A model generated the notes under the pieces. The model searched no databases and was not told the origin of the DNA. It was given only the letters and a program-made list of their open reading frames with translations. A DNA stretch of 51,677 nt. Source: a virus. The DNA lies in the IMG/VR virus record IMGVR_UViG_3300034175_000081; one strand, written 5' to 3'. Positions 31,361 through 41,900 of the stretch are shown piece by piece. The position numbers and the translations under genes are program-made. The stretch's first letter is position 1; the number at the start of each line of letters is the position of its first letter.

Positions 31361-31396
31361 GGGGCGGGGTGGGCGAAAGCCTTCCCCGCCCTTTGT
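31361..31396 (+). terminator. Rho-independent terminator after the capsid gene block
   Basis: Stem ggggcgggg (31361..31369) pairs with ccccgccc(t) (31384..31392). An inner ggc-gaaa-gcc tetraloop hairpin is present. Followed by tttgtcg. Confidence 0.6.
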
Positions 31397-31413
31397 CGTG
31401 AGGGACCTTCCGC

Positions 31414-31902
31414 ATGCAGTACCTAACGAACCTGGAATATCTGGAGCGCTACACCGAAATCGAAACGGTGCGGCTGACCGACGCGGCGCGAACCGGCCAG
31501 GTCGACGACGAAAAGCTGTCGACGGCAATCGCCGACATGACGGAGGAAGCGAACGCCTATCTGGCCGGCCGCTACGTGCTCCCGATCGTCACCCCGCCCG
31601 AGCTGCTAAAGGGGATCGTGGCCGACCTGACTCGAGAGCGGTTGCACGGGACGAAGGCGGGGGCGGAAATCACCCGCCGCGCCGATCGCGCCCGCAAGCT
31701 GCTGTCGGACATCGCAGCGGGCCGCGCGAGCATCCCGGCACCGGTCGCCGGCACGGCCCCGGCGGAAGGCCCTAGCGGGTCGCCGGTGTCGGCGAACGAC
31801 CGCCGAGCGCGCGTGTTCACCGACGGCGCGCTGGCCGACTTCACCAGCCTAACCGGCTCGCGCTACGGCGGGACCGTGTTCGACGGCCCGCGGAATTGGT
31901 AG
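31414..31902 (+). CDS. Head-tail connector protein, DUF1320 / Mu gp36-like
   Basis: MQYLTNLEYLERYTEIETVRLTD...AIADMTEEANAYLAGRYVLPI matches the DUF1320 pattern. Confidence 0.75.
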   Translation: MQYLTNLEYLERYTEIETVRLTDAARTGQVDDEKLSTAIADMTEEANAYLAGRYVLPIVTPPELLKGIVADLTRERLHGTKAGAEITRRADRARKLLSDIAAGRASIPAPVAGTAPAEGPSGSPVSANDRRARVFTDGALADFTSLTGSRYGGTVFDGPRNW

Positions 31903-31903
31903 G

Positions 31904-32467
31904 ATGGCGCGCGGCGTCAAATTCGAAGCGAAGCTCATCACGCGCGACGCCTATCGCGTGTTGCGCCAGCTTCGGAACCTCGGCGAAAACCCCGCGCCGT
32001 TGCTCGACCAGTGGGGCGGCATCCTGGAGGCGTCGACCCGCGACCGGTTCCGCACCGGGCGGGGGCCTGGCGGGGTGCCCTGGCCGCCGTCGAAGCGGGT
32101 GCTAGGCATCGGGAACCACGGGCCGAACAACGGCCGCACGCTGGTCGACAAGGGCAATCTAGAACGGTCGGTGCGGTACGAAGTCCAGGGCCGCCGGTTG
32201 CTGGTCGGTGTCGACGGTGCGAGCGAGTCGACCAAGCACGCGGCCGCGCACCAGTTCGGCGTTCAGCGGTCGACCGTCGTCGTGGAACACTGGCGCATCG
32301 TCACACAAGCGTTCGGCGTGCCGCTCCCGAACCCGGTCCTGGTGCGGGTCCGCGGCCACCCGGTCAAAATGAACCTACCCGCGCGCCCCTTCCTCGGCAT
32401 CGACAATGACGACCGGCGCGAGCTTACCGCGGCCGGTCGCGCATACCTGAAAGGCTTCCTGAAATGA
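31904..32467 (+). CDS. Virion morphogenesis protein (Mu G-like, Phage_tail_S)
   Basis: STRDRFRTGRGPGGVPWPPSKR...TLVDKGNLERSV...AAAHQFG matches the family pattern (rF....sPdG.pW.pl...L..sG.L..s....a.iHqfG). Confidence 0.75.
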   Translation: MARGVKFEAKLITRDAYRVLRQLRNLGENPAPLLDQWGGILEASTRDRFRTGRGPGGVPWPPSKRVLGIGNHGPNNGRTLVDKGNLERSVRYEVQGRRLLVGVDGASESTKHAAAHQFGVQRSTVVVEHWRIVTQAFGVPLPNPVLVRVRGHPVKMNLPARPFLGIDNDDRRELTAAGRAYLKGFLK

Positions 32468-32913
32468 TCGACCTATCGGCTTGCCGCGCCCGCGCGCGCA
32501 CGATCGCAACAGAGCTGGAACCGGGGGCGGGTGCCGGCTTCCTGGCCGTGTCCGACTGGTCGAGCGCGACCGATGCGATTATGAACGGCGACGCCCCGAC
32601 GCCCGCGCTTTACGTGTCGCTGTCGCGCGAACAGCCCGACAAAAACCGTATGACCAGCGGCGGCCGCGCGCAGCGGGTGCGCTCGACCGTGTCGCTTCTG
32701 TTCTGCCTGGCGGCCGAGCGCGCCAGCGGCGAGCGTGCCGACCCGATCGAAATCGCCCGCGGCGCGCTCATCGACAGCTTCGTGGGATACAGCCCCCCCG
32801 GTGCGGTCGCGGCCTTTGATTATGCGGGATATTCGATCCGCCAGGAGGATGACGGCTTGGTATGGGGCGAAGTCCTGGTGTCAACGTCGTGGGACCTTCG
32901 CAAGGCCACCTGA
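32464..32913 (+). CDS. Hypothetical tail-completion/neck protein (149 aa)
   Basis: ATGA overlap. Lies between the morphogenesis and tail tube genes. Confidence 0.6.
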   Translation: MIDLSACRARARTIATELEPGAGAGFLAVSDWSSATDAIMNGDAPTPALYVSLSREQPDKNRMTSGGRAQRVRSTVSLLFCLAAERASGERADPIEIARGALIDSFVGYSPPGAVAAFDYAGYSIRQEDDGLVWGEVLVSTSWDLRKAT

Positions 32914-32981
32914 CCGTTCAGGCTTTCCGCCCTCCAGGGGGGGCCGTATTCTCGCCCCTGACACGTAGGAGCGCGAACGCA

Positions 32982-33380
32982 ATGGATGACACCGTAAACG
33001 ACCAGGCCGAGGCCGCCCCCGCCCTCGCGCCCGACGTTGCCGAGCTGGCCGACCAGGGCTTCGCTATTCAGGGGCAATTCCCCGCAAACCATCGACTGCG
33101 CGCCGAAGCGCTGGTCGCCGCGAACCTGACCAGCGATCCCGACGGGATTATCCCCGACGACCTGGTGACCGACGCGCGCGACCGGATCGCCGCCGACGCC
33201 GCCGCGCTGAAAGAGCAACAGGCCGCCGAACGCAAGGATGCCGGCGAGTTCAAAGGCGTGAAGCTGCCGAAGCTGGTCGAGCTGGCCAACGCCGAGGGCA
33301 TCGCCCTGACCGCCCCCGACGATCGCGACGCGGTCATTGTCGACATCGTCGCGGCCCGCGCCGCGCGCAACGAAGGTTAA
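32982..33380 (+). CDS. Hypothetical acidic protein (132 aa) with an HeH-like motif
   Basis: ATG 32982 with SD taggagcg. Contains VKLPKLVELANAEGIALT. Confidence 0.6.
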   Translation: MDDTVNDQAEAAPALAPDVAELADQGFAIQGQFPANHRLRAEALVAANLTSDPDGIIPDDLVTDARDRIAADAAALKEQQAAERKDAGEFKGVKLPKLVELANAEGIALTAPDDRDAVIVDIVAARAARNEG

Positions 33381-33386
33381 TCCGAC

Positions 33387-34343
33387 ATGGCAAAGAGTTT
33401 CGACCAAAAGGCCGTTCTTTTCAAAACCGAAGCGACCGAAGGGACGGACTCGCTTCCCACCGGTGCCGCGAACAGCATCCGAACCGTCGACTACACGCCG
33501 ACGTTCATGGATGCCGAACAGCGCACGCGAAACATCGACACGGCGTTCAAGGGCGCGAAGCCGGCCTATCTCTACGCCATCAAGCGCGGCGCGCAGTTCG
33601 GCGTCGAAATGGCCGGCGCGGGCACCGCGACCGGAATTCCGGCGTGGATGCTGCTAAACAAGATGGCGCGTTTCGGTTCGGGCGTGGTCGGCGCGTCGTC
33701 GGTCGTTCAGTCGCTTGCGGCGACGGCGGAATCGCAAACGCACTATGCCGCGTTCCTGGATGAAGTGAACGCCGCGAATTCGTTCCTGGCGAAGACGATC
33801 GGCGGCCGCTCCACCCTCGGGTTCGTCATCGAAGACGACGACTTCCCGCGGTTCAATTATGGCTACCTCGGCCGCGCGCCCGCGTTGCTCGGCGAGGAAG
33901 GCGCAATGCCCGTGTCGGTCGTCGCCGGCCAGGCCGCGCCCGTGATGGCGTCGACCGAAAATACCACGTTCACGCTCGGCGGTTTCGCCCTCCCGCTTCG
34001 CCGGGTGGAAATGAACAGCAACGCCGAGCTGGCGCTCCGATCGTTGATCGGTCCACAGGACTCGATGGCCTATTCTGACGATGCATGGGGCGGGACGATC
34101 GTCGGCGAGCTTCCGAGCCTGGCCGCTAAAAACTACTTCACGAACATTCGCCCCGGCACGATGATGCCGATGCAGATCGTGCACGGCATCGTCGCCGGCA
34201 ACATCGTGCAAATCGACGCGCCGCAGGTCCAGATTTCGGGCAACGTGTCGCTGACGAATGAACAGGGCAAGGTCATGTTGAACATGCCCGTGACGTTGGT
34301 TCCGAACGCTGGTAACGACGAAATCGTGTTCACCAGCAAATAG
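33387..34343 (+). CDS. Major tail (tube) protein, tentative
   Basis: 318 aa, located directly upstream of the frameshifted chaperone pair and the tape measure gene. Confidence 0.65.
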   Translation: MAKSFDQKAVLFKTEATEGTDSLPTGAANSIRTVDYTPTFMDAEQRTRNIDTAFKGAKPAYLYAIKRGAQFGVEMAGAGTATGIPAWMLLNKMARFGSGVVGASSVVQSLAATAESQTHYAAFLDEVNAANSFLAKTIGGRSTLGFVIEDDDFPRFNYGYLGRAPALLGEEGAMPVSVVAGQAAPVMASTENTTFTLGGFALPLRRVEMNSNAELALRSLIGPQDSMAYSDDAWGGTIVGELPSLAAKNYFTNIRPGTMMPMQIVHGIVAGNIVQIDAPQVQISGNVSLTNEQGKVMLNMPVTLVPNAGNDEIVFTSK

Positions 34344-34355
34344 GAGCTACCGCGT

Positions 34356-34820
34356 ATGTTCGACCTGGCCGAAAAGCGGCTTGTATGGATCTCGGTAACG
34401 TGGCCGGGCCTCGCAAGTGAGGGTGACAAGCTCGCCGAGCCGGTCGAACATAAAGCGGAATTTCAGGTTGAGTTGGTCGACATCGACCAGTTCCAGTTCC
34501 TGTTCGTGTCGCCGATCGCCGAAGACGGCACGAAACACCTTTGGGCGACCGACGAAGCGTTCGCCGCCTGGTCGAAGGGCGAAGTGAACGACCGCTATCG
34601 CGCGCGCGAGCTGACTTCCGACTGGCGGGGCATCGCCTCCAATCGCGTGAAGGTGCCCTATTCCCCCGACGCTATGAACGCGCTCATGGGAAAGCCGAAT
34701 TTCAGCAAGGCTTACTTTCAAGCATATATGGAAGCCTGGAACGCGATCGCCGAGACGCGCGCGGGAAACTCCGAAGGCTCGCCCGAAACTGGATCGACGG
34801 GCGAGCCGCAACCGTCCTAA
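34356..34820 (+). CDS. Tail assembly chaperone (G-like)
   Basis: SD aggag. Sits between the tube and tape measure genes. A slippery heptamer lies near its 3' end. Confidence 0.8.
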   Translation: MFDLAEKRLVWISVTWPGLASEGDKLAEPVEHKAEFQVELVDIDQFQFLFVSPIAEDGTKHLWATDEAFAAWSKGEVNDRYRARELTSDWRGIASNRVKVPYSPDAMNALMGKPNFSKAYFQAYMEAWNAIAETRAGNSEGSPETGSTGEPQPS

Positions 34821-35134
34821 CCGATACGCCGGAATTCCTGGCCGAATGCCGAATGCTCGGCATTGAACCGGGATCGCTAGGGGGCAAGCGCGAGCACGTT
34901 CCCGACCCGGTCCCGGTGTGGCCTGACATGCAAGCGGGCGTTGCGATATTCATGTCGCTGTCGACACAATGGCGCATGGCCAGCGGCTTGTCGGGCACCT
35001 TCGCAACCGGCCTGGACTATCAAGCAATCGAACCGACGGCCCGCATGATCGGTGTCGAGCTGTCGCCCGCTGTCTTTTCGGACGTGCGAGCGCTAGAGTC
35101 GGCCTCGCTCCAGATATGGAACGCGCGGCGCTAA
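34356..35134 (+). CDS. Tail assembly chaperone frameshift product (GT-like; -1 shift at 34763..34769)
   Basis: After the slip on G GGA AAC, the -1 frame reads GKLRRLARNWIDGRAATVLTDTPEFLAECRMLGIEPG... and stays open to 35134, matching the tail of ORF-track entry 34541..35134. Confidence 0.7.
34763..34769 (+). promoter_or_regulatory. Programmed -1 ribosomal frameshift slippery heptamer G_GGA_AAC
   Basis: The zero-frame codons are gcg gga aac, which fit X_XXY_YYZ. The frame relationship (start coordinates mod 3: 0 to 2) corresponds to a -1 shift. Confidence 0.7.
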
Positions 35135-35150
35135 CGGGACGGTTCAGGCA

Positions 35151-38100
35151 ATGGCAGATTTCGACCTAGCCTATTCGATCGACGGCGACGCCACGGGGGC
35201 GGTCGCCGCGGTCGACCAGGTCACCGGCGCGAACGCCCGCCTGGAGGGCAGCACGGCGGGGCTTGCCGCCAAGTTCGGCCAGGTCGAGACGGCCAGCGGC
35301 CAGGCCGGTCAGGCGATGGCCACGGCGGCCGCGCAGTCGCAAGCCCTGGTCGTCGCGAATTCGAACCTGGCGGCGGCATCTAGCCGGCTGGTCGTGGCCG
35401 AAAACAACCTGGCGGCCGCGCACGCGAAGGCCGCGGCGGCGGCCGGCAACGATGCCGCCGAGCAAACCAAGCTGGCGGCCGCGGTCGACCGGGCGGCGGC
35501 ACAACAGGCCACGGCGGCGGCAAGCGTCATCCGCGCACAAGCTGGGGTCGCTCGCGCGATGAACACGACGACCGACGTGTCGCGCAATCAGCAGTTCGCA
35601 ATTCGCAACATCGGGCAACAGTTCGGCGACTTCGGACTCCAGGTCGCCACCGGCCAGGACCCTATTCGCGCGTTTACGCAACAGGTCGGGCAGATGGGAT
35701 ACGCCCTCGGCACCCTGGAAAAGGGGCCGCTTGCCGGCGTCGGCAAGTTCCTGGTCGGGCCGTGGGGCATTGCCCTGACCGTCGGCGCGGCTATCGCGGC
35801 CCCGTTCATCGCGAAGCTATTCGAGGCCGGCTCGGCCGCCGCCGACAGTCGCGAAAAGCTGGAAACCGCAGCGACGGCCGCCGATTCCTACGGCCGCGCG
35901 CAATCGCAGCTCGGCGGAATTATCGACCTGACGACCGGCAAGCTGAAAACGCAAAACGGCGTTCTGATTCAGACTATCAAGCTACAGGCGCAGCTCAATT
36001 TGCTGGACGCCGAAAAGCGCATCCGAGACGCCACGACCGCGAAAGGCACGGTGCTAAAGAAGCCGACGGGAACGGCTGGCCTCGGCGGGTTGCCCGGTGG
36101 CGACATCGACAAGGCGGTCGCGGCCGGCGCGCGGCGCGACCAGGGGCAACGGTTCATCGACCTGGCGCGGCGCGACCTCGGCAACGTGCTGAACAATGGC
36201 GCGCTCGCGAAGTCCGACCCGAAAGCATACGCGGCCGCGATCGACGCGCAGCTAGATAAGACAATCTCGCAGCTCGACCGGATCGCCATCGGCGGCAAGG
36301 TCGCCGGGCAAAGCCTGGCCGACGCTAAATTGCAGTTCATCGGCCTGGCGACCGCCGGCACGGACAAGGCGGCCGCGCTCGATAGCCTGGCCGTCCTGGC
36401 CGGCGGCCCGGTGCCGGATTCGCTGAAACCCTACGCGCGCGATAAGAAGCCGCCGAAGCCGAAGAAGCCGCCGAAGCCGAAGTCGACGGAGGCGCGCGAC
36501 GAATTCGGCCGCGACACTGACGACCGCATTGCGAACATCGTCGCGCAGTTCGACAACACGCCGCCCGTGTTGCGCCAGGTCAATCAACAGGTCGCGCAGC
36601 TCGACGACCTGGTCGATGACCTTCGTCGAAAGAAGCCGCCGAATTTCGAAAAGCTGATCGCCGACGCCGAGGAAGCGAAGGTCGTCGTGCGTGATGGCCT
36701 CAACAAGCCGTTCGACGACTATATCGACGCGCAGAAGGATTCGCTGGCGGTCCTACGCCTGACCGCACAAGGGCGGTACGCCGAGGCCGAAGCGCTAAAG
36801 ATTGTCCAGGGGATCGAACAGCGGGTCGGCCCGATCACCGTCGCGCGCAAAGACGCGGTGCTTGCGACGGTCCAGGCGGTCGAAGCCGAACAGCGCGCGA
36901 TCGACATCGCTCGCGAAAAGACCGAACGCTATCTGGACGCCCTCGGCGGTATCAAGTCGGTGCTCCAGGACGCCACGCAAGACTTCGTCCGCGGCGACCT
37001 CGGCAAGCTGCTACAGTCGCCGGGCAAGCTGCTAGACGTGTTCCAGACCCTAAAGGGTCAAGAGCTGTTCGAAGACATATTCGGCGACACGTTCCGCAAG
37101 CTCCAGGACCAGGTCGCCGGCACGAACCCCGTAGAAGACGCGTCGCAACGCATGTCGGACGCGCTCGACCTGGTCGTCGACCAGTCCGCGCCGACGGTGA
37201 AGGCGTTCGCCGATGTCGAAGCGGCGGCCGTGGGGGCCGCTGGCGCGCTTGCCGGCGTTCGGGCACCGTCGGGAGGCCCTGGCCTTGCCGCGGCGGCTGG
37301 CGGCCCCTCGGCGGCGGCAAACGACAACTTCGACGCCGTGCTTGCGAGCGTGAAGGGCATCGGGGGCGCACAGAACATTGTCGCCGGTGACGGGCCGCCG
37401 ATCGACCTCGGCGATTCCGGCGACATCATCGTGTCGGCTACCCGGTTTCGCGATGGCGCGAAGGCGTTCGAAGACGCAACCGACCTGTTCAACGTGGCCG
37501 GGAAGCGCATCGGGAGCAAGATCGACAGCTTAATCGACCCCAAAGGCGAGTTCTTTTCGAAGCTCGGAAGCTCGCTCGGCAACGCCCTGGAGGGCGCGAG
37601 CGCGGGGCGCGCGGTCGGCTCGACCTTCGGCGGCAAGGGCGGAACGATCGGCGGGGGAATCGGCGGCCTGGCCGGGCTGTTGCGCGACGGAAGCGTGCTC
37701 GGGAAGTCGGGCGCGGGCGGCGCGGTGTCGGGCATCGCCGACAAGATTTCGCAGGGCCTTCCGCAGCTCGCGCTTGCCAGTCAGGCGAACCAGGCAATCG
37801 GGAAAGTGTTCGGGTTTAAGGGCGGGCCGCTCGGCGTGTTCACCAGCCTGTTTGACGGCCTGTTCAAGAAAGAAAAAAACGGGTCGTCGACCATCCGCGT
37901 GCAGAACGGCGAGGCCGTCGCCGGCACCGCCACCGGCAAGGGATCGGACGCGCGCAAACAAGCCGGCGTGCTCGGCGGGTCGCTGGCCGACGGCCTCAAT
38001 TCCCTGGTCGACCAGCTCGGCGGCCAACTCGGCGAAGCAAGCGTGTCGATTGGCTATCGGCCAGGCCACAAGGCCCCGGCATACCGCGTCGACCCCACCG

Positions 38101-38957
38101 GCCGCGGCCAGGTGGCCGACGGGTCGGTGCAAGCCTTCGAAACGGAAGCCGAGGCCGTCGCCTTCGCGATCCGCGACGCCATCACGGACGGCGCGGTAAC
38201 CGGCCTGTCGGCCGCGATGCAAAAGGCGCTTCGCGACAATACCGACATCGACAAGGCCATCACCGAAGCGCTCAAAGTTAAGGACCTGGAAGCGTTGATC
38301 GGCGGGGCCGGTTCGCAGATCAAACGCCAGTTCGACGACGCGGCCGCGGCGGCTCGCGATCGTGTTCAGCTCGCCCGCAAGTACGGCGTCGACCTGGTCG
38401 CGGTGGAAAAGTACAACGCCGAACAGCGTAACAAGCTGGTGGCCGACACGCTTAAGGCGTCCGTGGGGTCGCTCCAGGACCTATTGCAGTCGATCACAAG
38501 CGGCGACCTGTTCGAAGGCTCGGCCGCGGACCAGCGTTCCGCGATCCTGGCGCAAATCACCGACGCGCGGGGCCGTGCTGATAAGGGCGAGGCGGGGGCC
38601 GGTGACGAATTGGCCAATCTTTACCGGTCGCTCATCACCACCAGCCGCGACAGCTTCGGCACGGCGGGCGGGGAATTCGCGTCGGATCGCAACACCGCGA
38701 CCACCGGCGCGGCGGCTGTCATCAAGTCGGAAACCGATCGCATCAACGCGGCCGCCGGGAACCAGGCCGCGACGGTCGCGGCGTTGCAACAAGGCAACAA
38801 TCTGGCGAACGAACAGAACGATTTGCTGGCGAAACAAACGGCCATCATCACCGGCTTGCCCGCGGGCATCGCGGCCGCAATCGGACCATTGGCCGGTTCC
38901 GGCGGCGTGTCCTATAGCAACGCTCGCGTCGGGAGGGTCCTGACCGACTATCAATAA
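35151..38957 (+). CDS. Tape measure protein (1268 aa)
   Basis: Largest helical Ala/Gly-rich ORF, immediately after the G/GT pair. Confidence 0.85.
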   Translation: MADFDLAYSIDGDATGAVAAVDQVTGANARLEGSTAGLAAKFGQVETASGQAGQAMATAAAQSQALVVANSNLAAASSRLVVAENNLAAAHAKAAAAAGNDAAEQTKLAAAVDRAAAQQATAAASVIRAQAGVARAMNTTTDVSRNQQFAIRNIGQQFGDFGLQVATGQDPIRAFTQQVGQMGYALGTLEKGPLAGVGKFLVGPWGIALTVGAAIAAPFIAKLFEAGSAAADSREKLETAATAADSYGRAQSQLGGIIDLTTGKLKTQNGVLIQTIKLQAQLNLLDAEKRIRDATTAKGTVLKKPTGTAGLGGLPGGDIDKAVAAGARRDQGQRFIDLARRDLGNVLNNGALAKSDPKAYAAAIDAQLDKTISQLDRIAIGGKVAGQSLADAKLQFIGLATAGTDKAAALDSLAVLAGGPVPDSLKPYARDKKPPKPKKPPKPKSTEARDEFGRDTDDRIANIVAQFDNTPPVLRQVNQQVAQLDDLVDDLRRKKPPNFEKLIADAEEAKVVVRDGLNKPFDDYIDAQKDSLAVLRLTAQGRYAEAEALKIVQGIEQRVGPITVARKDAVLATVQAVEAEQRAIDIAREKTERYLDALGGIKSVLQDATQDFVRGDLGKLLQSPGKLLDVFQTLKGQELFEDIFGDTFRKLQDQVAGTNPVEDASQRMSDALDLVVDQSAPTVKAFADVEAAAVGAAGALAGVRAPSGGPGLAAAAGGPSAAANDNFDAVLASVKGIGGAQNIVAGDGPPIDLGDSGDIIVSATRFRDGAKAFEDATDLFNVAGKRIGSKIDSLIDPKGEFFSKLGSSLGNALEGASAGRAVGSTFGGKGGTIGGGIGGLAGLLRDGSVLGKSGAGGAVSGIADKISQGLPQLALASQANQAIGKVFGFKGGPLGVFTSLFDGLFKKEKNGSSTIRVQNGEAVAGTATGKGSDARKQAGVLGGSLADGLNSLVDQLGGQLGEASVSIGYRPGHKAPAYRVDPTGRGQVADGSVQAFETEAEAVAFAIRDAITDGAVTGLSAAMQKALRDNTDIDKAITEALKVKDLEALIGGAGSQIKRQFDDAAAAARDRVQLARKYGVDLVAVEKYNAEQRNKLVADTLKASVGSLQDLLQSITSGDLFEGSAADQRSAILAQITDARGRADKGEAGAGDELANLYRSLITTSRDSFGTAGGEFASDRNTATTGAAAVIKSETDRINAAAGNQAATVAALQQGNNLANEQNDLLAKQTAIITGLPAGIAAAIGPLAGSGGVSYSNARVGRVLTDYQ

Positions 38958-38966
38958 GGAATTGCC

Positions 38967-41900
38967 GTGGCGACTGTCGTTCTATTGGAGGCGTCGCCGC
39001 TGGTCGCGGCCGGAACGAACACCGTCGCGGTTCGCCTGGCCGGGGGCGGTTCCCGCGCTTACGTCGGATACCGCGGGTTTAACGATTGGAAGTCGTCGGG
39101 CGTGCCGCTCCCGCGCTTCACGTCGTCGCTAGAGTTCGGCTCGAAAGGCTGGACCGGCGGCGCGGCCCCGCAAACCGCCGCCGTGGTATGCTCCACCCGT
39201 GACACGACGACCGCCGCCACCCTGGCCGGCGTGTTCTGGCCTGGTGCCCCGATAACGATCCGGTCGGGCGATGACGCGGTCGCGGGCGAACCGGCGTGGA
39301 AGGTCGAGCTGGTCGGCACCGTCGACAGCGCGACGTTCGCAAAGGGCGTGCTTACGCTGGTCATCACCGACCTGGCCGGCATGCTGAACAAGCCCGCGCT
39401 ACCCGACACGTTCACCGGCGCGGGCGGCCTCCAGGGCGGCGACGACGCGGTCGGCCGACCGAAGCGGCGAACCTACGGCCAGGTTTTCAACGTGACAGGC
39501 CGATTGCTCGACAAGGCGTACAACATTTTCGAGTTCGGCGACCCCGAACGGGCGGGCGCGGTGACCAGCTTCGCGACCGTGAAGGATAAGGGACGCGCCG
39601 GCACCACGACGACGGTCGCATGGGCGGGAAGCGCGGCGGCCACCCTGACCGCACTCCGCAACGCCACCCCCCCAAATGGGGGTGCCGCTGTCGCCCCGTC
39701 GATTGCGTGCGTGAAGTGGTGGACGACTCCCGTCGGGCCGTTGACCGCCGACCTGACCGGCGCAATCAACGCGAACACGTCGCCCGCCGACCTGGCGGCG
39801 GATATTCTCGCCGACCTCGCGCCGACGGTCGCTATCACGAACCTGGCGACGGCGATCGGCTGGCGGAACATCGCGGCCGGCGTGCATATCGACGACCCGA
39901 GCGAGACGGCCGCCGCGGTGCTCGACCGGTTGCTGGCGGGCGTGTCCCTGAATTGGACACTGACCGCGGCCGGCGCGATCGAAATCAACCGGTGGGAGTG
40001 GACCGCCGCAATCGAAGCGATCGTATCGCAGGAAGTCGAACGCCAGGCGATTTTCCCGCCCCTGTTGTCACGCAAGCTCGGGTTCCAGCGCAACTATCGA
40101 CAGCACGCGGACTCGGAAATCTCGGCCGCGCTCCAGGGCGTCGGCGACCTGACCTACGCCGACGGCACGCCCCTGGAGCAATTGAAGCCGGCGGGCGAGG
40201 GTGCCGACCAAACGGCGACGAACATCGCGTCGTCAATCACCGGGCAAGGGCCTGGCGCGACCGCACCGGGAACGGCGGTCCTAAATTCGAACATCACCAT
40301 CGGGGCGAACGGCGCACTGACCGGGGGCGGCGGGGGGTCGGTCACCTATGGCGGCCTTGGCGGCGGCGCGCTCGGCTTGCTCGGCAGCTTGTTTTTCGGA
40401 TCGCCCCTGTTCCTCGAGTCCAGCGGCGGGTCGGCCGCATCGCTGGCCAACTTCAAAACGATACTCGGCATTGCCGCGTCGATCACCGGCCAGGGCGCAT
40501 TCGCGACCACGAACACGGCGGCCTATGGTTCGTCGCTGCTAACCGGCTTTGGCGCGCTCGCTCCGCTCGGCGCGATCAATTTCGGCTCGCCCTATCTGCT
40601 AGAGGCCAGCGGCGGCGCGCAAGCGACCCTGACCGCGTTCAAGACGCTGCTAGGAATCGCGGCATCCGTCACCGGCCAGGGGCCGGGCGCTACGGCCGCC
40701 GGAACCGCCGTCCTGAACAGCAACGTGACAATCGGCGCGAACGGCGCATTGCTCGGCGCGGGCGGGGGCACCGTCACGTTCGGCGGGATCGGCGGCGGCG
40801 ACATCGGCTTACTCGACACGATGGCGTTCGGCGGCCCGTACCTATTGGAGGCGGCGGCGGGGGCGGCCGCTACGCTGAACAACTTCAAGACGGTTCTAGG
40901 TGTCGCCGCATCGGTGACCGGCCAAGGTCCAGGCGCAACGGCCGCGGGATCGGCCGTCCTGAACAGCGCGCTATCGCTCGCCGCGAACGGGACGCTGGTC
41001 GGCGGCGGCGGCGGGTCGGTGACATATGGCGGCCTCGGCGGGGGTGCGCTCGGGTTGCTGGCCTCGCTCAATTTCGGCAGTTCCTACCTACTCGAAAGCG
41101 CGGGCGGCGCGTCGGCGACCCTTGTCGCGTTCAAGACTTCGCAGGGCGTCGCCGCTTCGGTCGCCGGTCAGGGCGCGCTCGCGACGCTGAATTCGGCCAA
41201 TTACAACACGCAAGTCACGGGCGCGGGAAAGCCGGAAACCTACGCGACCAGCTCGGACTCGCTCATCACGAACGGCGACCTATTGGCCGACGCCGTCGGC
41301 TGGTCGCTGTCGAACGCGGTGCGCCGCGCCGCCGGCACCGAACCCGCGCCTTACTTCGAATACACGGCGAACGTCGCCGGCACGGCAACCGCGAACGACG
41401 CGACGCAAATCCCGTTGATGGGCGCACCGAAAATATGGCTGTCGGGGTCGGCTCGAAAGACGGCCGGCGCGGCCGGGACCCTGACCGTTGTCGCGAATTG
41501 GTTCAAAGCCGACGGCACCGCGTCGGCCGCCCCGACCACGTCGCTGTCGATCATGCCGGGAACGGCCGCGGTGTGGACCCGCTACAGCCTGACTATGGTC
41601 CCGCCGGCCGACGCGGTCAGCTTCACGCACCAGGTCAGTTCCGCCGGCAACGCCGCGACCGTGTTCACCGCGTCGCACCGAGTCGCGGTTACCGCGCCGA
41701 GCGCGGACGTGACGGGCGCGAACGTGGCGGCGTCGGTCACCGGCCAGGGTCCAGGGGCGACCGCCGCCGGGTCCGCGGTGCTGAACAGCGCGCTATCGCT
41801 GTCGGCCGCTGGTGCCCTGTTGGGCGGGGGTGGCGGGGCCGTCACCTATGCCGGCCTCGGCGGCCAGGACCTCGGCTTGCGCGACAACATCAATTTCGGG

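Noticed and set aside
33778-33794. One-mismatch copies of the dyad inside coding sequence: ATTCG-N7-CGAAG in the tail tube gene, and ATTCG-N7-CGGAT at 16491..16507 in the Mu-F-like gene
   Set aside because: They are imperfect and intragenic, and single-mismatch matches are expected by chance at this genome size. They are kept only as a control for a formal scan.
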